Source: Phycisphaeraceae bacterium (lineage in GTDB: Bacteria > Planctomycetota > Phycisphaerae > Phycisphaerales > UBA1924). From it: a DNA stretch of 64,000 nucleotides. This document shows, piece after piece, positions 44,853 to 53,368 of the stretch; within the stretch, counting starts at the first letter, position 1, and the number at the start of each line of letters is the position of its first letter. Both the position numbers and the translations under genes were made by a program. Where the stretch lies: the NCBI GenBank assembly GCA_019636675.1, contig JAHBXC010000001.1, positions 1,235,007 to 1,299,006 of the forward strand, given 5' to 3'. Under the pieces are notes generated by a model. That model ran no database searches. It saw only the letters and a program-made list of their open reading frames with translations, and was not told where the DNA came from.

Positions 44853-45794
44853 ATGGAGCGACGCGTCGAACAGCCACGCAACCCGGACAGGCAGCGCCGT
44901 GCGCAGCGGGCCGTGCTCGGGGGCGTCGCGGTCAGTGTGTCGCTGGGGGTCGTCAAGCTGCTGGCGGGCGTGCTGGGCAATTCGTCGGCGATGATCGCCG
45001 ACGCGGTCGAGTCGTTCACCGATGTGGTGGCGGCGGTGGTGGTGTGGGGAGGGCTGCACGTCTCGGCGCGACCTGCGAGCGAGCGACACCCGTACGGGTA
45101 TGGCAAGGCGGAGTCGCTGGCGGCGGTGATCGTCGCGCTGCTGATCCTCGGCGCGGGCGTCGCGATCGCAGTCCACGCGACGCGCGCGATGTTCACGGCG
45201 CACGACGCGCCGGCGCCCTGGACGCTGCTCGTGCTGCTGCTGGTGATGCTGACGAAAGAGGCGCTCTTCCGCGCGCTGCGCGCCGAGGCGCGGCGCGCCG
45301 GGAGCGACGCGCTGCACGCCGACGCGTGGCACCACCGGTCGGACGCGCTCACCTCGCTCGCGGCGTTCGTGGGCATCCTGATCGCGGTCGTCGGGGGCGA
45401 GGGCTGGCAGATCGCCGACGAGATCGCGGCGCTGTTCGCGGCGGGCGTGATCGTCTCCAACGCGCTGCGCATCCTGCGCGCGCCGGTCCGAGAGCTGCTC
45501 GACGCCCACTCGCCCGATCTCGCGCTCGAGGCGCAGCGCATCGCCGGAGAGGTCGAGGGCGTGCGCAACGTCGAGAAGGTCTTCGCTCGCAAGAGCGGCG
45601 TGTCGCACTACGTCGACATGCACGTCTGGGTCGATCCGGCGATGAATGTGCAGCGGGCGCACGAGCTGGCGCACCGCGTGAAGGACGCGGTGATGCTGGC
45701 CATTCCGGATGTCGAGGATGTGCTTATCCACATCGAGCCCGACTCGCGCCGCGAGGGCGGCGCTTCGCAGCGCGACGCCTCTTCTCCATCCTGA
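44853..45794 (+). CDS. Cation diffusion facilitator (CDF) family metal efflux transporter
   Basis: Family motifs are SSAMIADAVESFTDVV, HPYGYGKAESLA, and HADAWHHRSDALTS, followed by a C-terminal cytoplasmic domain. Confidence 0.88.
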   Translation: MERRVEQPRNPDRQRRAQRAVLGGVAVSVSLGVVKLLAGVLGNSSAMIADAVESFTDVVAAVVVWGGLHVSARPASERHPYGYGKAESLAAVIVALLILGAGVAIAVHATRAMFTAHDAPAPWTLLVLLLVMLTKEALFRALRAEARRAGSDALHADAWHHRSDALTSLAAFVGILIAVVGGEGWQIADEIAALFAAGVIVSNALRILRAPVRELLDAHSPDLALEAQRIAGEVEGVRNVEKVFARKSGVSHYVDMHVWVDPAMNVQRAHELAHRVKDAVMLAIPDVEDVLIHIEPDSRREGGASQRDASSPS

Positions 45795-45999
45795 CGCGCG
45801 CCGGGCGTGGTGGCGGAAAGCCGCCGGGATAACACTCTTCTGACGAAGGACTTCGCGTGCATATGCGCTTGCGTCCGACAGCGCCTGCGCCAGAGTGTGG
45901 TGTTGTTGCCCTCGGGCTCGGGGCCGGGTCGCCGGACCGTCCGAGGGGTCGATCCCTCTCCGGCCAGCGCCGGGCGTGACACAGGACTTTCAGGAGCAG

Positions 46000-46749
46000 A
46001 TGCCGATGCGCACCACCACCCTCGCCCTCGCGGGCGTCATTGTCGCTTCGATCTCTGGGCTCGCCAGCGCGGGCTCGGTCGTCGCCAACCCCGTGCTCGA
46101 CTCGGGCTCGTTCGCCGGGACGACCGTCGCGAACGCGCGGTTCCGACTCGACGCGACCAACTGGGACATGCGTCTGGCGAACACCTCGAGCCCGGCTGTC
46201 GGCGATGCGACGAAGAACATCTCGAATAATGTCGCACAGCTGGCCGGGTCGTGGGCGTTTCAGCTCTCGTTCGCGTCGGCGACCGGCGACATGACCTTCA
46301 CGCTGACGGATATGGATCAGGCGAGCAACCTCGGCTCGCACTCGCTGACGATCAACCGCGCGGGCGAGTCGTTCAATCAGATCCAGGTCGCCGCGGTCGC
46401 CGAGACGCTGAAGGGATCGCACCTGACCTTCGGCGCGTTCTCGTTCTCGGGCGCCACGCTGGTGGACGGCGCGTCGATCGATCTGGACCTCGTCGCCGGC
46501 AGCGGCGATTCGTTCAAGAACGCGTACCTCGTCGCGAGCGGCGTGGACCTGGCGGCGATCGACTGGGCGCTGTCTGGCACGCTCGACATCGCGAAGGGCA
46601 CGAGCACCTCGCAGGAGCGCCCGGCGTTCAACATCTATGTGCAGCGGAGCGACGCGGTCGTGGCGCCCGTGATCCCGACGCCGCTCGGTGGCGCGATGGG
46701 GCTCGCGGGGCTGTGCGCGATCGGGGCTCGGCGTCGTCGCCAGGGGTGA
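46000..46749 (+). CDS. PEP-CTERM-anchored secreted protein (paralogue D1)
   Basis: The SD CAGGAG precedes ATG 46000. A signal peptide is present. The tail is VIPTPLGGAMGLAGLCAIGARRRRQG. It aligns with 47069..47782 (VVANP.L.SGSF.GTTVANARFR.DATNWD...). Confidence 0.85.
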   Translation: MPMRTTTLALAGVIVASISGLASAGSVVANPVLDSGSFAGTTVANARFRLDATNWDMRLANTSSPAVGDATKNISNNVAQLAGSWAFQLSFASATGDMTFTLTDMDQASNLGSHSLTINRAGESFNQIQVAAVAETLKGSHLTFGAFSFSGATLVDGASIDLDLVAGSGDSFKNAYLVASGVDLAAIDWALSGTLDIAKGTSTSQERPAFNIYVQRSDAVVAPVIPTPLGGAMGLAGLCAIGARRRRQG

Positions 46750-46792
46750 GCAGAAGAAACAGCATCGCACCTGTTCAGAAATGGCCGCTTCC

Positions 46793-46833
46793 AGCCGGCG
46801 TCGCGATCGCGAGGCGCCGGCTTGTATTTCTTG
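46793..46833 (+). terminator. Rho-independent terminator
   Basis: The long hairpin is agccggcgtcgcga / tcgcgaggcgccggct, with a 2-nt bulge. It is followed by the T-rich run tgtatttcttg. Confidence 0.6.
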
Positions 46834-47068
46834 ATATTCCACTCCGGTTCTGCGCGCATTTCGCCCATTCTCCCGGAAGATGAACGAACCGTGAAGACCG
46901 TGCGCTCGGAGGCCGCAAACCCAGCGTTTTCATAGGTTTTCGTGAGTTGAATCGGCTCGGCGCTTCGGTACTGTCAGCATTGCTTTCCGGCGTGTCGCCG
47001 GGGCATGCGGCTGCGTCGTCATCGCGAATCGACGGGCCGAGCGTCCTTTGTGTATTGGAGAGAGACTC

Positions 47069-47782
47069 GTGAAGAACTTCACCTTTGCTGTTCTTGCCGT
47101 CGCGGCCGTTGCCGCGACCGCCGGGACCGCGACGGCGGCGAATGTCGTCGCCAACCCGACCCTGCAGTCCGGATCGTTCAGCGGCACAACCGTCGCGAAC
47201 GCGCGTTTCCGGACCGACGCCACCAACTGGGATATCGGCATCGGGCCCAACAGCAGCCCCCCGACCGGCTGGGTCACCAAGAACATCGCCAACGGCCAGG
47301 GCGCGTTCACCGGCGACTGGAGCTTTGTGCTCAGCCACAGCGCCGGGAGCGACACCCTGACGCTCTCGGTGTCTCACCTGTCCGGCTCGCTGGGCACGCA
47401 CTCCGTGACCTTCAACAATTTCGACACGTCCTTCAACCAGATCCAGCTGCAGAGCCAGTCCGACGCCGGCGGCGCGGTCAGCTTCAGCTCGTTCTCGTTC
47501 ACCGGCCTCGATGTCGCCAATGCCGGCAGCATCAACATCGACAACTCCGGCGGGCAGGGCCTGGCGTACCTCGTCTCCACCGGCGTCGACCTCGTGTCGT
47601 TCGACTGGACGATCGGTGGCTCGCTGTCGTGGCTCGACCAGGCCGCAGGCGAGCGTCCGGTGTTCAACATCCGCCTCCAGCAGTCCGACGCGGTCGCGGC
47701 GCCCGTCATCCCGACGCCGCTCGCCGGCGGCCTGGGCCTGGCGGGCATGGGCTTGATCGTCGCCCGTCGTCGCCGCGCCTGA
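47069..47782 (+). CDS. PEP-CTERM-anchored secreted protein (paralogue D2)
   Basis: GTG 47069 is preceded by GGAGAGAG. The signal is VKNFTFAVLAVAAVAATAGTATA. The tail is VIPTPLAGGLGLAGMGLIVARRRRA. Confidence 0.82.
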   Translation: MKNFTFAVLAVAAVAATAGTATAANVVANPTLQSGSFSGTTVANARFRTDATNWDIGIGPNSSPPTGWVTKNIANGQGAFTGDWSFVLSHSAGSDTLTLSVSHLSGSLGTHSVTFNNFDTSFNQIQLQSQSDAGGAVSFSSFSFTGLDVANAGSINIDNSGGQGLAYLVSTGVDLVSFDWTIGGSLSWLDQAAGERPVFNIRLQQSDAVAAPVIPTPLAGGLGLAGMGLIVARRRRA

Positions 47783-47842
47783 TCGCTGAGCGCTCTCCTG
47801 CCCGGCGTCAGAGCCGGTGAGTTCGACAGACAGCAGCACGGG

Positions 47843-47868
47843 ACCGGGCGCCTCGACGGGCGCCCGGT
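47843..47868. terminator. Perfect 10-bp GC hairpin between convergent genes
   Basis: The stem is accgggcgcc / ggcgcccggt, with loop tcgacg. It is followed by tcattt. Confidence 0.5.
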
Positions 47869-47883
47869 TCATTTGGCCGCGTG

Positions 47884-48651
47884 TCACGCGTTCCGGCGGG
47901 CGATCGACCGGGCGAGTTCCCGGACCTCGCGCAGCGCCGCGAGGTGGCTGGGGGACAGCGCGCGTGCGCCGGTTCGGGCGCTCCGGGCCGGGGCGTCGTC
48001 GCCCAGCCCTGCGCCCTGGAGTGCGCGGACCTTGAGCATGATGAGTTCGCGGATCTCCTGCGCGTTGTCGACGCCCTCGATGAGCCCGTGGTGCGAGCCG
48101 AGCGATCCGGCGGTGGCCGGGTGCCCTGACGCGCCGCCGCCCCCTGCGGTCTGAATGGTCACGTTGGCGACGCCGAAGTAGCGCTGGAGCGGGCCCTGGC
48201 GGACCTCGACGTTCTGGACGTTGTCGAACGTGAGGGTCTTTTCCTGGATGACGAGCACGCCGCGTCGGATGCGCACGCTGCGATCGCTCATGACGTACCA
48301 GGTGGTGTCGTAGCGCAGGTGGAGCATGACGTACGCGATGATATCGGGGATGATCATCAGCGCGAGCCACGGGACGAGCAGCCACATCGCGAGCGTGGGC
48401 TCGTTCGCGAAGACGATGATCCATCCGACGAGAAGGAAGAGATCGACGAGCGTCGCGATGAGCCAGAACTCGAACTTGCGCAGTCGGAGCCAGTTGGGCG
48501 AGGGCCGGAACGCGCGGACGGCGTCGCCCGAGCCGGCCGGCAGGCGTGGCGGCGCGTCGGGGACGGAGAGCCAGTTCGTCAGCACGCCCCAGACACCTCG
48601 ATAGACCCACTCGGCGGCGCGGTCGGGCATGTGTTCACGCGGCGCGTTCAT
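47884..48651 (-). CDS. Bacterial PH-domain (bPH_2/DUF304) membrane protein, YdbT-like
   Basis: Two or three TM helices (FWLIATLVDLFLLVGWIIVF, MWLLVPWLALMIIPDIIAYV) are followed by a PH-like module YVMSDRSVRIRRGVLVIQEKTLTFDNVQNVEVRQGPLQRYFGVANVTIQTAG. Confidence 0.65.
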   Translation of the reverse strand: MNAPREHMPDRAAEWVYRGVWGVLTNWLSVPDAPPRLPAGSGDAVRAFRPSPNWLRLRKFEFWLIATLVDLFLLVGWIIVFANEPTLAMWLLVPWLALMIIPDIIAYVMLHLRYDTTWYVMSDRSVRIRRGVLVIQEKTLTFDNVQNVEVRQGPLQRYFGVANVTIQTAGGGGASGHPATAGSLGSHHGLIEGVDNAQEIRELIMLKVRALQGAGLGDDAPARSARTGARALSPSHLAALREVRELARSIARRNA

Positions 48652-49160
48652 GGGCGTCCCCCGTGTTGCGCGGCGAGGACTCGGAGCGCATCGCGGATGT
48701 CGTGGAGTGTTTCAAGGAGCTCGTCGTGCTCGACGGGGGCTTCGGGCGCGTCTGTGTCGCCGGGCTGGCCCTTGGCGCCGCGCATGCGCTGGTAGAGGAA
48801 ATCGCGGAGCTTCTCGGGTTCGAGTATGCCGATGATGGTCATCTCGGCGGCGGCGCTGCCGCTGGCGGTCTGGACGGCGACATTGGCGAGGCCGAGCCAT
48901 CGCTGGATGAGGCCGCGCGTGACGTGGATGTCCTGGATGCGCCGGTAGGTGAGGTTGATCTCGCGCTTCCAGAGGAGGCCCCAGCCCATCCGGACGCCCT
49001 CGTCGTCGAAGGAGTACCAGAGGGTGCGGTACTTGATCCACTGGGGGATGAAGGCGAAGGGGAAGAAGACGAGCGCGAAAAGCGAGCTGATGAAGTAGTA
49101 CTGCAGCAGGCGCGGGTCTGGCCTGGTGAGCGTGCGCGGGTCGAAGGCGGGGTTCGTCAT
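48648..49160 (-). CDS. Bacterial PH-domain (bPH_2/DUF304) membrane protein, YdbS-like
   Basis: The start is ATG 49160 (MTNPAFD...). A TM hairpin is followed by YSFDDEGVRMGWGLLWKREINLTYRRIQDIHVTRGLIQRWLGLANVAVQTAS. It has an ATGA overlap with the downstream YdbT-like gene. Confidence 0.65.
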   Translation of the reverse strand: MTNPAFDPRTLTRPDPRLLQYYFISSLFALVFFPFAFIPQWIKYRTLWYSFDDEGVRMGWGLLWKREINLTYRRIQDIHVTRGLIQRWLGLANVAVQTASGSAAAEMTIIGILEPEKLRDFLYQRMRGAKGQPGDTDAPEAPVEHDELLETLHDIRDALRVLAAQHGGRP

Positions 49161-49227
49161 GACGACAGCATACTTGGGGAGCGTGGCGGTGCGCTTTCGA
49201 GCGTTCGCGGGCCCTGCGCAACGACGA

Positions 49228-49255
49228 GCGGGCGGGGCGCTTCCGCCCCGCCCGC
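49228..49255. terminator. Perfect 12-bp GC hairpin separating the secreted-protein genes from the PH-domain pair
   Basis: The stem is gcgggcggggcg / cgccccgcccgc, with loop cttc. There is no clear U-tract. Confidence 0.45.
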
Positions 49256-49297
49256 CGGCGTGTGTCCTGATTCGGTTGCTGCCTGCTGCGGCGTCGT

Positions 49298-49987
49298 TTA
49301 CGGGGCGAAGGTGGGGCACTCGAGCCCGAACCAGGAGAGGATCTGGTTGAGGTCGGTGAAGTTCACCTCGCCGTCGGCGTTGGCGTCGCCCGGACAGCCG
49401 TCGGGCATGGAGGGGATGCGCAGACCCGTGACGACGGCGGAATCGCCGGTGTTGAGCCGGATGATCGCGTGGCCGCCGACCTCGTGGAACGCGGCGTTGG
49501 TGAGTTTGTGAATGGTGCGCGTCGTCATGCCTGCCTGGACGGGGGCGGCGTCGAAAAGGAAGCGGATGCTGTCCCCGCCGCTCATGCGGATGACGGTGCT
49601 CGGCCCGACCTGGCCGGGTCGGTCGAGGCGGTAGTCGACATTCGTGGAGTACCCGATGTAATCGAGGAACTCGACCTCGACGATGGTCTGGCCCGCCGCC
49701 GCCGAGGTGTTGATGATGCGCGTCTCGAAGATGAGCACATCGAGGATGTTGCTGCGCGAAACGACCTGCTGCAGCGTGCCGTCGAAGATCGGGTTGCCGG
49801 CCTGGTTGTAGACCCGGAAGGGGAAGTTCTGGGTCGCGACGACGATCGTCGCGTCGAGGTAGGGCTCGGCGGCGACGGTGGTGCCGTTGAGGGGGGCCTG
49901 CGCCGAGTGGAGCGGGATCGCTGCGGCGGGCAGCGCGCCCAGGGTGGTCATGACGGCGGCGGCGAGCGTGAATCGTGTGGTGTTCAT
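49298..49987 (-). CDS. Small secreted protein, tandem paralogue 1, with a Cys-bracketed single dockerin-like repeat at the C-terminus
   Basis: The SD AGGAGAAAAG precedes ATG 49987. The signal is MNTTRFTLAAAVMTTLGALPAAA. The C-terminus is CPGDANADGEVNFTDLNQILSWFGLEC. Confidence 0.85.
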   Translation of the reverse strand: MNTTRFTLAAAVMTTLGALPAAAIPLHSAQAPLNGTTVAAEPYLDATIVVATQNFPFRVYNQAGNPIFDGTLQQVVSRSNILDVLIFETRIINTSAAAGQTIVEVEFLDYIGYSTNVDYRLDRPGQVGPSTVIRMSGGDSIRFLFDAAPVQAGMTTRTIHKLTNAAFHEVGGHAIIRLNTGDSAVVTGLRIPSMPDGCPGDANADGEVNFTDLNQILSWFGLECPTFAP

Positions 49988-50034
49988 GTGGCTTTTCTCC
50001 TGGCTCATGGCCCGCGGTGCGTTGATGGGAGCGC

Positions 50035-50712
50035 TCAATTGCAGGCCTGTCCGAAGCTGGAGAGCGCGGCGTTCAGGTCGGCGAAGTTGATGATGCCGTC
50101 GCGGTTCAGATCGCGTGCGCAGTGCGGCAGATACTGCGGTGAGCGCAGGCCTGAGATCGTCACGCTCTCGCCGGTGCTCACGTGGATCGTGGCGGTCCCC
50201 TCGATGAGCGTCTGCTTGGCGTTGGTGAGCAGGTAGAGCGGGAAGTGGTCGACGCCCTGGGGGAGGGAGTTGTCGAAGAAGGTGAAGGTGACGGAGTCGC
50301 CGTTGCCCGAGCGGATCGCGGCCTCGGGACCCGTGACGCCCGGCAGGTCGGTGCGGAAGTCCACGTTGGTCACGAACTGCGAGTAGCCGGAGACATCGAG
50401 CCGGGTGACCTTCGCGGAACTGGAGACGATGTCGCGGATGCGATAGTCCATGACGAGCATGCGGAAGGTCGCGCTCATGTACACGCGCTGCTCGAGCCTG
50501 CCGGTGAGGACGACGGCGTTGGACGCGTCGCGGACCGCGAAATTCCACTGGAAGGCGCTGACGACTCCCTGCGCGTCGAGCCACGGCTCCTGCGCGAGCG
50601 TGACGCCCGCGAGGGCGATCTGCTCGCCGTCGCGGAGTGGGGCGGCGAGCGCACCCGACGCGCCGAGGAGCGTGGCGGCGGATGCGGCGAGGATGGATGT
50701 TGCGTGTCGCAT
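50035..50712 (-). CDS. Small secreted protein, tandem paralogue 2, with a Cys-bracketed single dockerin-like repeat
   Basis: The signal is MRHATSILAASAATLLGASGALA. The C-terminus is CARDLNRDGIINFADLNAALSSFGQAC. Confidence 0.85.
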   Translation of the reverse strand: MRHATSILAASAATLLGASGALAAPLRDGEQIALAGVTLAQEPWLDAQGVVSAFQWNFAVRDASNAVVLTGRLEQRVYMSATFRMLVMDYRIRDIVSSSAKVTRLDVSGYSQFVTNVDFRTDLPGVTGPEAAIRSGNGDSVTFTFFDNSLPQGVDHFPLYLLTNAKQTLIEGTATIHVSTGESVTISGLRSPQYLPHCARDLNRDGIINFADLNAALSSFGQACN

Positions 50713-50905
50713 GTGGTTCCGTCTCCGAGCGCGATCTTCGGTCGCCTGTGGTTATGGGCGGCTGTGCCCGAGGCTTGTGTGCGCGATGACTCTCGCACGC
50801 TCAGAGGATTGTCGTGACGCTCCCGGCGCTTTCAGTTCGGGACAAAATAAAACGGCCCCGGCGCCGAGTTGGGCGAGGGGGCCGGGCGGTGTCCGAGGGA
50901 TTCGT

Positions 50906-51610
50906 TCAGGGAACCGACGGGGGCGGGCAGGTCGTGCCGAAGGCGGAGAGGACCTCGTTGAGGTCGGAGAAGTTGACGACCCCGTCACGGTTCACATCGC
51001 CCCGACAACTCGGGCAGGGCCGGCCCGGGGCGAACGCCGGCAGCACGACGAAGTCGCCTGTGTTGAGGATGATCGCGACCGATCCGTGGTCGTTGTACTC
51101 GGCGGCGTCGGTGAAGACATAGAAGAATCTGGACGCGACGCCGGAGAAGAGCAGCGGGTTGGCAAAGTCGAACTCGATCGTGCCTCCGGTGTACGCGCGG
51201 CTGGCGCGGCTCGGGCCTGTTGTGCCGAGTCCGTCGAGACGCCAGTTCACGTTGGCGCCCGAGCCGGAGTGCTCCGAGATCTCGACGCGAGCGACACTGC
51301 CGTTGAGGCCCGGCTGCGTGTTGAAGATGCGGTGAGAGAAGACGAGCGTGTTGGTGACGACAGAGCGTTCGACGCTGAGGGAGATCTGGCCCTGGAACAG
51401 CAGCGGCGCGCCGCCCGGGCCGGTGATCGAGAAGGATTGGACCGATGTCGCGACGTTGACCGTCGCGAGCGCCGGTTCCGCGGCGACGGTGGTGCCTGCC
51501 AGGGGTACGTTCGTCGAGCCGGGCGGCAGCGGGACCGCGCCGGCGAGCGACGTGAGAGAGACAGCGGCGACGAATGCGGATCCGGCGCGCACCATACGGG
51601 TTGCGTTCAC
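50906..51610 (-). CDS. Small secreted protein, tandem paralogue 3, with a Cys-bracketed single dockerin-like repeat
   Basis: The SD AGGAGG lies 5 nt before GTG 51610; an alternative start is ATG 51595. The signal is ...MVRAGSAFVAAVSLTSLAGA. The C-terminus is CRGDVNRDGVVNFSDLNEVLSAFGTTC. Confidence 0.82.
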   Translation of the reverse strand: MNATRMVRAGSAFVAAVSLTSLAGAVPLPPGSTNVPLAGTTVAAEPALATVNVATSVQSFSITGPGGAPLLFQGQISLSVERSVVTNTLVFSHRIFNTQPGLNGSVARVEISEHSGSGANVNWRLDGLGTTGPSRASRAYTGGTIEFDFANPLLFSGVASRFFYVFTDAAEYNDHGSVAIILNTGDFVVLPAFAPGRPCPSCRGDVNRDGVVNFSDLNEVLSAFGTTCPPPSVP

Positions 51611-51877
51611 GATGACCTCCTGCCCCGGGACGGTTGCCGACGGCGTCGGACTCGCCGATCCCGTCGACACACGGGAGCGCCGTCTGCGTCTTCACTCTAC
51701 TGCTCGGCCAGAGCGGCCGCAAGCAAGCGTCGCGTCTCTCGGTCCTTTGCCGCTGCTGGGGCGGGACTTCTTCCTTTGGCTTCGTCACCTTTCGGGCATA
51801 AGGGCGCGACGCTGGGGCTGGAGGTCCGAGCGCGCGGGATGTGGGTCGCGAATCCCTACAGACTGCGAACTGTTTAC

Positions 51878-53212
51878 TTAGGCCGTGTCGGCGGCGCCCA
51901 CGATGATCGCGCTGTTCTTGGCCCCGAAGGCGAGGCAGTTGACCAGGACCGCCCGCGCATCTGAAGGGCGGGACGCGAGGGGCGTGTAGTCGAGGTCGCA
52001 GGCCGGGTCGGGCTCGAAGAGGTTGATCGTCGGCGGCGCGAAGGGGCCGGCGTCGGGGTCGTCGAGACTCGCGAGCGCGCCGATGGACGCGACGACGCCG
52101 GCGGCGCCGCTGGCGCCCTGTGGGTGTCCGATCATGGACTTCACGCTCGACGCGGCGACGGCGCGCGCGATCGACTCGCCGAGCGCGAGTTTGAGTGCGA
52201 GGGTTTCGAGCTCGTCGTTGAGGCGCGTGCCGGTGCCGTGGCACTGGACGGCGCCGATGTCGTGCGGCGTGAGGCGCGCGTCGTCGAGGGCGAGCGAGAT
52301 CGCGCGCACGCACTCGGCCATGTCGGGTGCAGGGCGCACCCGGTGGTGCGCGTCACAGGTCGCGGCGTAGCCGAGGATGCGCGCGATCGGTGGCGCCTCG
52401 CGCCGGCGCGCGTGGTGTTCGCGCTCGAGGACGAGCGCCCAGGCGCCCTCGCCCAGGAGAAAGCCGTCGCGTGTCGCGTCGAACGGGCGAGACGCGGACG
52501 AGGGTCGGGCGCGCGGATCGTCGCTCGATTCGTCCCAGGGCGTCGACGAGATCACGCCCAGGAGCTCCATCGAGAGCAGGACCTCGTCGCGGACATGCGC
52601 GTCGGCGCCGACGACCAGCACGGCGTCGGGCGCGCCCGGGCTGTCGGATCGCAGCGACTGGGTGGCGAGGCCGATCGCGTCGCTGGAGCTTGCGCAGCCG
52701 GTGGAAACACAGAGCGAGGGGCCGCGCAGGCCGAGTCGGATGGAGAGCTCTCCGGCGAGATTGCCGTGGGTGGCGTTGGTGATGCTCCACAGCGAGGGTC
52801 GCTCGCCTTCGTGGGCGCGCCGGGCCTGATCGAGGGTGAAGTCGATCCCCCCGCCGCCGGTGCCGAGGACGAGCCCGACGCGGCGCGCGCGGTCGCGCAG
52901 GGCCGGGTCGGATTCGGCCTGGGTGAAGTCGGGCAGGCGCGCGTGCGCGAGGGCTTCGCGCGCGGCGGCGAGGGCCATGGGGATGAGTCTGGGCAGTCGT
53001 CGGAGGTCGGCTTCGGGCAGGACGCTGGAGGGGACGAAGTCGCGGCAGACGGCGGCGGCGCGGGTCCGCACGCGCGGGTCGTTGGGGTGGTAGGCCGAGA
53101 CGCCGCTGACGCCGGCGCGCAGCGATCGTGTGAACGCGGGTGCGCCGACGCCGATGGGGCTGACGGCGCCGAGTCCTGTCACGACGATGCCTTCGCGTGC
53201 CGGGGGATTCAC
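51878..53212 (-). CDS. Beta-ketoacyl-ACP synthase, KAS I/II (FabF-like), stand-alone
   Basis: The N-terminus is VVTGLGAVSPIG. The active-site Cys is in VSTGCASSSDAIG, with the His residues in QCHGTGTRLND and KSMIGHPQGASG (Cys-His-His triad). No ACP or other fab genes are adjacent. Confidence 0.88.
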   Translation of the reverse strand: MNPPAREGIVVTGLGAVSPIGVGAPAFTRSLRAGVSGVSAYHPNDPRVRTRAAAVCRDFVPSSVLPEADLRRLPRLIPMALAAAREALAHARLPDFTQAESDPALRDRARRVGLVLGTGGGGIDFTLDQARRAHEGERPSLWSITNATHGNLAGELSIRLGLRGPSLCVSTGCASSSDAIGLATQSLRSDSPGAPDAVLVVGADAHVRDEVLLSMELLGVISSTPWDESSDDPRARPSSASRPFDATRDGFLLGEGAWALVLEREHHARRREAPPIARILGYAATCDAHHRVRPAPDMAECVRAISLALDDARLTPHDIGAVQCHGTGTRLNDELETLALKLALGESIARAVAASSVKSMIGHPQGASGAAGVVASIGALASLDDPDAGPFAPPTINLFEPDPACDLDYTPLASRPSDARAVLVNCLAFGAKNSAIIVGAADTA

Positions 53213-53368
53213 TCACTGCCTTTCGATCGCGCCCCCGGGGTGGACTCCGTTCGAGTGTACCAGAGGCGAGAGAGGCGAAAAAGAACGGCGCCCGGCCAGT
53301 CATGGGCCGGGCGCCGTCACGGATAATGCGCAGGGGGATCTCCTGCGCGGGTCAAAGGGACAGTGGGA

